From Longimicrobiales bacterium (GTDB lineage Bacteria > Gemmatimonadota > Gemmatimonadetes > Longimicrobiales > Gaopeijiaceae): a stretch of 64,000 bases of DNA. The position numbers were made by a program, and so were the translations under genes. Within the stretch, counting starts at the first letter, position 1; each line of letters opens with the position of its first letter. The stretch covers positions 224,001 through 288,000 of the forward strand of contig OZ252251.1 in the NCBI GenBank assembly GCA_965249725.1, written 5' to 3'. Below the pieces are notes generated by a model. The model did not search any database, had not been told where the DNA came from, and saw only the letters and a list, made by a program, of their open reading frames with translations. This document shows, piece after piece, positions 57,460 through 64,000 of this stretch.

Positions 57460-58575
57460 ATGGGCGGGCTTACACGTGAAGATCACGAACAGGCGGGTGC
57501 CCTGTTCGGTCGCGTCCGGGAGGCCGAGGTCGCACGTCACTATGGCGACCCCGCGTCCGAGTACTCCGCGGCGGCAAGCGCCGTGGCCGTGCGCGATCGC
57601 GGTCACAGGGCTCGCCTTCTGGTGACGGGACGGGCCCCCGTTGCCACCCTCACCGGGGTCCTCACCGGCCGGATGCCGACTCCACCGAGGCCTTCCGCGC
57701 AGGGGGACGTGAGGGGGAGTGCGGAGTATTCGGCCGTGTTGACGCCGAAGGGGCGAGTCATCGCGGACCTGCGTGCGATGTGGGGGCCGGACCCCGATGA
57801 AGAGAGTCTTTGGCTGGATGTTCCCGCACCGGCTCTGGGTCCACTTCTCGCTCACCTGAAGCGGTATGTGCCGCCGCGGCTGGCGGCGGTTGAAGACGTC
57901 TCCCCCGGCTCGGGGCTTCTCACCGTGATGGGACCGGAGGCGGCCACCGTGATCGTAGAGGTGGTGTTCGTCTCGGACGTCGATGCCGAGACCCTCCAGA
58001 GCCTCGAGGAGGGTGAGTATCTGGTAGGCCCGGAGGGAGAGCGGGTTGTGAGAAGCGGAGACGTGGACACTCCCGCATGGGACCTCGTCACTTCGGCCGA
58101 GGGGGCCATAGCACTGTGGGGGAAGCTCTTGGAGCGGGGGACCAAGCCCGTCGGCGTCGGCGTGTGGGACACGCTACGGGTAGAGGCTGGTCGACCCGCC
58201 TTCGGCCAGGACATGTCGGAATCGACCCTCTTTTCGGAGGTGGGTATCGTCGATCGGGCGGTGGACCACTCGAAGGGCTGCTATACGGGTCAGGAAGTCA
58301 TCGTCCGGATTCGTGACCGCGGTCACGTGAACAAGAGTCTTCGAGGCCTGAAGCTGGGTGACTCACCGGCGCCGGGGGCCGACTGCGAACTCTTTCTCGA
58401 GGGCGACGTTGTGGGACATGTCACCAGCGCCGTCGAATCACCCCGATCCCAAGGAGGCATCGCCCTCGCCTATGTTCGCCGAGAGGTGCCAGCGGGTGGT
58501 GTGGTCGAGGTGGGTGCGTCCGGGGGGACGAAGGCGACCGTGCGAGACCTGATGCCGGGGTGGGCCACGACCTAG
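57460..58575 (+). CDS. ygfZ: YgfZ/GcvT family folate-binding protein
   Basis: LTPKGR, LRVEAG.P, KGCYTGQE signature. Confidence 0.88.
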   Translation: MGGLTREDHEQAGALFGRVREAEVARHYGDPASEYSAAASAVAVRDRGHRARLLVTGRAPVATLTGVLTGRMPTPPRPSAQGDVRGSAEYSAVLTPKGRVIADLRAMWGPDPDEESLWLDVPAPALGPLLAHLKRYVPPRLAAVEDVSPGSGLLTVMGPEAATVIVEVVFVSDVDAETLQSLEEGEYLVGPEGERVVRSGDVDTPAWDLVTSAEGAIALWGKLLERGTKPVGVGVWDTLRVEAGRPAFGQDMSESTLFSEVGIVDRAVDHSKGCYTGQEVIVRIRDRGHVNKSLRGLKLGDSPAPGADCELFLEGDVVGHVTSAVESPRSQGGIALAYVRREVPAGGVVEVGASGGTKATVRDLMPGWATT

Positions 58576-58600
58576 CTGCGGTGGCCTTCCGCTTTCGACC

Positions 58601-58995
58601 CTAGGCCGCCTCGATCCTCTCCAGCAGCGATCGTACGAGGGTTTCGATCTCGTCCCGGACCTGGTTGCAGTCGTCCGGTTCCATGTCCCTCGGGTCCGGA
58701 GGTCCCAGTCGTCGCGTTCGACGGCGGGCAGGAAGGGGCAAGCGTCGCCGCAGCCCATCGTGATCACGAAATCAAAAGGGCCCCTGGGGACTTCCGAGAC
58801 GGACTTGGATCGGTGGGTGGAGAGATCGTAACCCAGCTCGTCCATGGCACGGACGGCGCGCGGGTTTACCGTAGCTGACGGTCGTGACCCGGCCGAATAG
58901 GCCTCGAGAATCCCTCACCCTTGGATCCTGGCGAATCCCTCTGCCATTTGGCTCCGGTTCGAGTTTTCCGTGCACACGAACAGCACACTGGTCAT
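58601..58995 (-). pseudogene. arsC: Arsenate reductase ArsC (LMW-PTP family), disrupted
   Basis: VLFVCTENSNRSQMAEG, SAGS.P, ITMGCGDACP, DW.L.DP; in-frame TGA at 58915-58917 and a 1-bp deletion near 58696-58701. Confidence 0.85.
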
Positions 58996-59222
58996 GCCGT
59001 CATCTCCTGGTCCTTGCCTACGCTGTGAGACTCGGGAACTGTGGGGCAACTCGCCCGATATTTGGTGTATCACAGCCGATCGGGCGAGCAGGGGATACCC
59101 TGAAGGCCCGTGAGGTTGCCGTTCGCGCGGCATTTGTGGGTAGATCCGACCTGCCGTCGCCGCTATTGTTTTCTGCTCTAGACGCAGGTCTTCACATGAT
59201 TTCTGTACTTAAGGAGTTGTCC

Positions 59223-59777
59223 ATGTTGCGCCGTGTGGCTCTTAGAAGAGGCTTTTTGGCCGTCGGTGTTACCGCCGTGGCCCTTATGGCCGGTGGTGGA
59301 TCGCTATCGGCTCAGGAGCCGGCTGCCACGAAGATGGCTGTCTTCAACGCCGACCGTATCATGGCCGAGTCCCTGGCCGGTCAGCAGGCACTCGCGCTGT
59401 TCAATCAGCTTCGCGACCAACGGGTGGGCGAATTGTCGACGCAGCAGGACGAGATCAACACCCTGCGGCAGCAGGGACTCGCGGCGGACCCCAACAGCGT
59501 AGAGGCGGCTCAGCTCGCTCGGCAGCTCGAGGACCGCATGCTCACGATGGATCGCCTCCAGCAGGATGTACAGCAGGAGCTGGGCAATCGGCAGAACGAG
59601 CTGACGGGTGGCATCACGCAACTCGTTGGAGAGATCATCGAGGAGATCGGGCTGGACTCGAGCTACTCCCTGATTTTCAACTCTGTCCAGAGTGGATTGG
59701 TGTTCGTGGATCCAGCCATGGACATCACGGATGAGATCATCCGACGTCTCGATGCGGCTGAGGCGGGCGACCGCTAA
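59223..59777 (+). CDS. skp: OmpH/Skp family chaperone
   Basis: Signal peptide, KMAVFNADRIM, coiled coil, DITDEIIRRLD; AAGGAG RBS. Confidence 0.85.
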   Translation: MLRRVALRRGFLAVGVTAVALMAGGGSLSAQEPAATKMAVFNADRIMAESLAGQQALALFNQLRDQRVGELSTQQDEINTLRQQGLAADPNSVEAAQLARQLEDRMLTMDRLQQDVQQELGNRQNELTGGITQLVGEIIEEIGLDSSYSLIFNSVQSGLVFVDPAMDITDEIIRRLDAAEAGDR

Positions 59778-59804
59778 GGTCGGACCAAGCGGGGCCGAAG
59801 CGAA

Positions 59805-59839
59805 ACGAGGGGGATCGCCGCCAGGCTGATCCCCCTCGT
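59805..59839. terminator. Terminator-like hairpin between convergent genes
   Basis: ACGAGGGGGATC-N11-GATCCCCCTCGT. Confidence 0.7.
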
Positions 59840-59882
59840 CTTATGTGTGTGATTGCAGTTGGAGTCTCGGCTCCAACACAGG

Positions 59883-60626
59883 TCAGAGCGTCATCCCGAG
59901 ACGGAAGCCCCGTGCGAACGCGCGTCGGCGCATCTGCGCCCGGTTCGAAGCTCGCACGGCCCTGGCGAATCTCCGCTGGGACTGCCCTCTTCGGGCCATC
60001 GCCCGGCCGAATCCGGCCCGACCCGCCGGCCCTTGGCTGAACCCACGGCCGGGGACCTGCCCTCGCTTCATCATCCCTCGCCCGCGGCCGCCCTGTCTCT
60101 GGAGCGACTGTAGCTGAGTCTTCTGATCGGCGTCGAGTATCGCGTCGATCCGCTCCTGGAAGCCGCTCCGCTGCTGCATCATCGCGGTCCGATGGGCCAT
60201 CATCAGTTCCCGGAACTGATCCTGAGTGATCTCTCCGTCGCGAAGCTGATCTCTCATGCCTTGCATCTGGAGTTGACCACCGGTGTGGATCTCCCGGGCG
60301 GCTTCACTGATGCCCTTCAAGTCCTCGACCTGTTCGTCTGTGAGGTTGAGTTCCTCACGGAGCATCAGCACGCCATCGGCACCAGCCATGCCCATTCCCA
60401 TGCCGCGCTGACCCTGCATACCTTGCTGACCCTGCATCCCGCGTTGGCCCTGCATACCTTGCTGACCCTGCATCCCGCGTTGGCCCTGCATGCCTTGCTG
60501 GCCGTGCCTACCTTGCTGGCCCTGCATTCCCCGCTGCCCCTGCATACCCCTCGGGCCGACCTGACCCTGTAGGGGCACTGCGAGCAACAGCATCAATGCG
60601 GCCGCTCCTCCTGATAGTGCCCTCAT
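59883..60626 (-). CDS. Spy/CpxP-like periplasmic protein with GMQGQ(R/Q) repeats
   Basis: Signal peptide, LNLTDEQ and ILDADQK (LTxxQ-like) motifs; GGAGG RBS before ATG 60626. Confidence 0.75.
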   Translation of the reverse strand: MRALSGGAAALMLLLAVPLQGQVGPRGMQGQRGMQGQQGRHGQQGMQGQRGMQGQQGMQGQRGMQGQQGMQGQRGMGMGMAGADGVLMLREELNLTDEQVEDLKGISEAAREIHTGGQLQMQGMRDQLRDGEITQDQFRELMMAHRTAMMQQRSGFQERIDAILDADQKTQLQSLQRQGGRGRGMMKRGQVPGRGFSQGPAGRAGFGRAMARRGQSQRRFARAVRASNRAQMRRRAFARGFRLGMTL

Positions 60627-60801
60627 AGTTATACCCTCCAACTGGGTTCGTCTGCGTTCGTGGTCGGGCCGGCGAATGGCCCTTGGTGAGACCTTGATCT
60701 CGGCCTCTGTCTTCTTAGATGACAGGACGTCGGAGGTCGTTAAGTGGTCCGCCGGAAAACGCGGAGGGACTGGTTTCGCAATCGTGGAACGCCCGCAGGC
60801 T

Positions 60802-61056
60802 CTACCCTTCGGGGTCCCCCGGCGGAAGCTCGGGGCGACTTTTGCCCGGCTCGAGGAGGTCCTTGTAGAAGTCCCGCTCCGCCTCCAGGCGCTCGAGGCG
60901 GCCACTGAGGTCGGACATGGTCTCGCGAATCCGGTGGAGCTCCTCGGTGCCGAGCTGAAGGGACTCGTCACGTCGCGGTCTGGAGAATCGCCGCTCCGCG
61001 ACCCTTGCGCCGGCTCCGACGATAGCGAGGGCGAGAATGAACTCGAAGAAGCCCAG
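60802..61056 (-). CDS. Small TM plus coiled-coil protein (84 aa), probable CTG start, missing from the ORF track
   Basis: (M)GFFEFILALAIVGAG...EELHRIRETMSDLSGRLERLEAERDFYKDLL; AAGGA RBS 7 nt before CTG; GC3-rich codons. Confidence 0.65.
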   Translation of the reverse strand: MGFFEFILALAIVGAGARVAERRFSRPRRDESLQLGTEELHRIRETMSDLSGRLERLEAERDFYKDLLEPGKSRPELPPGDPEG

Positions 61057-61270
61057 TTTCCGATCCTTGTCAGTCGTGGGTCAGTCGGTGGAGCCGCTGC
61101 ATCCCGTCTCGCTGATCTGCGGAACGGCCTGCCGACCACATCGTGAATCTACCGGATCCGGCGTTTCAGTCCATCGTTTCCCCGCCCAGATCGACGAGAC
61201 ACCACGCGAGGAAGATCGGCGTGGCCGAGGCCACGAGTGAGTACATTGAGGGGAGTGAACATTCGATAGT

Positions 61271-61771
61271 GTGGCGACTTCAAGGGAGCGCGTCGTGAGG
61301 AAAATGATCGTAGCGTTGTCGTTCTTCGGGATTCTTGCCGTGCCTTGTGAAGGGCGGGCGCAAGTCGTCGGGGGCGTGTTCGGGGCGTACGCCCAAGACG
61401 CATTCGACGGTATGTCTGGGGTGGGAGCCCAGCTCGGGCTGGACATCCCTGTTCTTCCCATTGACGTATTCGGGTCCGGAACGTGGTTTCTACCCAGCTG
61501 CGACGACTGCGAAGTGAAGGGCTGGTCCGTGGGGGCGACGCTGCGGCCCTTCCCGTTTCCCGTAGCTAGGCCCTACATCGTGGCGGGTCTGACGTCCAGA
61601 GATCTCGACGATCCGGCGAATGGCTACACCCTCAGCCCAAGCGGTCCCTTCGCGGGGGTCGGCCTGGACGTGGCGCTCATGGGGCTCCGAGTCTTCGCGG
61701 AGGGGCGTTACGAATTCCTGGACGGCGAATTGGAAGAGGCGGTAGTGAGAGCAGGGCTGCTCTTCTTCTAG
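61271..61771 (+). CDS. Small outer-membrane beta-barrel protein
   Basis: Signal peptide, alternating beta strands, PY..AG, FAEGRY, terminal Phe. Confidence 0.7.
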   Translation: MATSRERVVRKMIVALSFFGILAVPCEGRAQVVGGVFGAYAQDAFDGMSGVGAQLGLDIPVLPIDVFGSGTWFLPSCDDCEVKGWSVGATLRPFPFPVARPYIVAGLTSRDLDDPANGYTLSPSGPFAGVGLDVALMGLRVFAEGRYEFLDGELEEAVVRAGLLFF

Positions 61772-61787
61772 AGGCCGTCGCTGCTAC

Positions 61788-62771
61788 TCAGCGGCCCGCG
61801 AGCGACTGGACGATCTTGGCCCCGTGCAGCTTGCCGTTCTCGATGAAGATCTTGTTGGCGTTGTAACCGGCGGCCAGAACTCCGGCTACGTAGACCCCCG
61901 GCACGTCAGTCTCCATCGTGTCGGGATCATGGGTGGGAATACCCGTTTCGCCGTCGATGGTCACGCCGAGAGTGGCCAGGAATCCCCGATTCGGGCGCCA
62001 TCCGGTCATGGCGAGCACCCAGTCGTTGGGAATCTCCACGGTCTCGTCGGAGCCCTCTCGGCGAAGTACCACCGAGGTCTCGCGGACCTCCGCAAGCCGA
62101 TGTTCCCAGTAGACGGCTATCTCGCCATTGGCCAGGCGGTTTTGGATGTCGGGTACGACCCAGGGCTTAACACCGCGGTCGATCTTGTCGAGGAAGTGCA
62201 CCATGGTCACTCGAGCACCGGCCCGGTACGTCTCCAGAGCCGACTCCACCGAAGAGTTGCCCCCACCCACCACCAGCACGTCCTGGTCGTAGAACGGATA
62301 CGGCTCCTGGTAGTAGTGCTTCACCTTGGGGAGATCCTCGCCGGGCACGCCGAGGTAGTTCGGCTCGTGGAACCCGCCGATGGCGATCACGACGGCTCGC
62401 GAGCGGGTCGCATGCTCCTCGCCGGAACGAGTCAGGCTCCGGACCGTGAAGTCGCCTTGTGCGCCCTCGATGGAGGTGACCTCCTGATACTGGCGGACGT
62501 CCAGGTCGCAGTGCTGCACCACACGGCGGTAGTAGACCAAGGCCTCGCGACGAGTCGGCTTCATCTCTGCGATTGTGAACGGCACGCCGGCGATCTCCAG
62601 CTTCTCGGCGGTGCTGAAGAACGTCATGTAATAGGGGTAGTCCACCAGTGAGTGGGTGATGCACCCCTTGTCGTAGAGGATGGCGTCGAGGCTGCCTTCA
62701 GCGGCCGCCGCGCCGACGGCGATACCACACGGGCCAGCGCCGACCACGACCATGTCTGTATGCTCGCTCAT
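61788..62771 (-). CDS. ypdA: YpdA family (bacillithiol disulfide reductase-like) flavoprotein
   Basis: VGAGPCG, YP..M.FFST.EKLEI, KPTRREALVYYR, VKPWV.PD, IFIENG. Confidence 0.88.
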   Translation of the reverse strand: MSEHTDMVVVGAGPCGIAVGAAAAEGSLDAILYDKGCITHSLVDYPYYMTFFSTAEKLEIAGVPFTIAEMKPTRREALVYYRRVVQHCDLDVRQYQEVTSIEGAQGDFTVRSLTRSGEEHATRSRAVVIAIGGFHEPNYLGVPGEDLPKVKHYYQEPYPFYDQDVLVVGGGNSSVESALETYRAGARVTMVHFLDKIDRGVKPWVVPDIQNRLANGEIAVYWEHRLAEVRETSVVLRREGSDETVEIPNDWVLAMTGWRPNRGFLATLGVTIDGETGIPTHDPDTMETDVPGVYVAGVLAAGYNANKIFIENGKLHGAKIVQSLAGR

Positions 62772-62936
62772 GTCGTCTCATGCGAAGTCGATGGGGAGCG
62801 TCCAACCTACCGAGCATGACCTCTGTTCCCAAGGGCGCCGAGCGAGCATTTTCACCGCGTGCGCTGCGTTGAAGCGCCTCACACGCCGTCGGCACACGCG
62901 CCTGGGCTGTCCCCCGAACAAGGGTTTCTCCTCCCG

Positions 62937-63203
62937 ATGACCACGCCTGAAAGCGAAGGACGCAAGGCGCTGAACCGATTGCGTCGGGCCGTGGAGAAGA
63001 GTCGCAGGGAGGTGGAGGCCCTACAGGGAGCGATCCGTCATGCTGAAGGAGACGATTTTCCGGAAGCCGAGTACGAGGATGCAATGAACAACTTGAGGGA
63101 GATCGAGGGCTTTCTCGACCGGGAGGCCGAGCGTCTGCAGGAGAAGATTCTCTCGTTCCGTGGACTGGAGCCTGGTCGGATTCGTCGAGGATCGTCCACG
63201 TGA
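62937..63203 (+). CDS. Hypothetical coiled-coil protein
   Basis: MTTPESEGRKALNRLRRAVEK...GLEPGRIRR; GTGA-coupled to the next gene. Confidence 0.7.
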   Translation: MTTPESEGRKALNRLRRAVEKSRREVEALQGAIRHAEGDDFPEAEYEDAMNNLREIEGFLDREAERLQEKILSFRGLEPGRIRRGSST

Positions 63204-64000
63204 GGCGCCGGACCTTTCTGCGAACCGGCGGGGCGTTGGGTGCGGCTGGTGCTCTCGGGGCGACTGACGCTCTCGGGGCGATGGAAGCCCTAGGTGGGAC
63301 GCTGCGAACCGGTGGAAACCCTCCCGATCTGATCCTGCGACGCGCCACCGTTTTCGACGGGACGGGCGCCGCGGGATTCGAGGCGGACGTGGCGATCACG
63401 GCCGATCGAATCACGGCGATCGGGAGAATCGCCGAAGCCGGGGCCGAGGAGATCGATCTGGCCGGCATGGCACTCGCGCCGGGGTTCATCGACATCCATT
63501 CGCACGCTGACCTCTCGCTTCTGGTGAATCCCGAGGCGGAAAGCCGCGTGCGACAGGGTGTCACGCTCGAAGTCGTCGGCCAGGACGGCAGCTCGGTGGG
63601 TCCTTGGTCCGAGGGCGGCTTCCAGTCCACGAGGGAGCGATACCGGGAGCGCTACGGCGTCGACATCGACTTCCGCGATGTCGGTGGCTTTCTGGATCGT
63701 CTCGACCGTACGCCCCCCACGGTCAACGTGGCTAGCATGGTCGGGCATGGCACCGTTCGGGGATTGGTCGTCGGCTCCGAAGATCGGCCGGCCACAGAGG
63801 CTGAGGTGAGCCGCATGAGAAGCTTGGTGGAGTCTGCTTTGGGGCAGGGGGCGGTGGGCTTTTCATCCGGGCTCGAGTACACGCCGGGGTCGTTCGCCGA
63901 CACTTCTGAACTCGTGGAACTGGCGGGTGCGCTCAAGGGGACGGGCTATCCGTACGCTTCGCACATGCGCAACGAGGACGACCGGCTGCTCGCGGCCATC
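63200..64000 (+). CDS. N-acyl-D-amino acid deacylase with Tat signal, 3' partial
   Basis: MRRRTFL (Tat), DGTG..ADVAI..DRI, APGFIDIHSHAD, QGVTLEVVGQDG, SGLEY.PG, SHMRNE; runs off the window end, so absent from the ORF track. Confidence 0.9.
   Translation, partial: MRRRTFLRTGGALGAAGALGATDALGAMEALGGTLRTGGNPPDLILRRATVFDGTGAAGFEADVAITADRITAIGRIAEAGAEEIDLAGMALAPGFIDIHSHADLSLLVNPEAESRVRQGVTLEVVGQDGSSVGPWSEGGFQSTRERYRERYGVDIDFRDVGGFLDRLDRTPPTVNVASMVGHGTVRGLVVGSEDRPATEAEVSRMRSLVESALGQGAVGFSSGLEYTPGSFADTSELVELAGALKGTGYPYASHMRNEDDRLLAAI

Noticed and set aside
58915..58917. Selenocysteine codon in arsC
   Set aside because: Not at a Cys-aligned position, and the gene also carries a frameshift.
60676..61146. 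156-aa plus-strand ORF and the long N-terminal extension of ORF 59883-61139
   Set aside because: Shadow frames of the minus-strand gene at 60802-61056; the Spy-like gene has its own RBS and signal peptide at 60626.

Overview
High-GC bacterial chromosome segment; the gene content suggests Gemmatimonadota (inference). Left to right: a TAXI-TRAP transporter and class-V aminotransferase; a caa3-type cytochrome c oxidase operon; an APC permease and a Ser/Thr kinase; a SAM-I riboswitch ahead of hom-metX-metB, followed by ctaG. Next is a 3044-bp IS1-family element (perfect 21-bp TIRs, 8-bp TSD) that interrupts a ProX/PrdX tRNA-editing gene and carries a ParB-domain cargo operon. The most notable feature is an ~18-kb minus-strand respiratory cluster (23926-42019). 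It joins a CydA-like (cytochrome bd subunit I-like) protein with no CydB, three membrane c-type cytochromes (one with an EbdC/NxrC-like domain), a cupredoxin-like lipoprotein and a second complete heme-copper oxidase. Upstream lies an accessory set (ferredoxin, Mrp ATPase, Zn-ribbon protein, ABC transporter, double-USP protein, radical SAM) in which one PCP_red-like domain recurs four times. By eye this resembles the 'bd-like' modules of Nitrospira and anammox bacteria, but here it sits with an aa3-type oxidase and no nxrAB is present in the window. The right third is mostly housekeeping (mutY, ETF-QO, ggt, lon, ygfZ, skp, ypdA) and includes a UGA-containing selenoprotein SelD with a SECIS-like hairpin, an arsC pseudogene and several ORFs missed by the ORF track. 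All calls come from motif recognition by eye; no searches were run.
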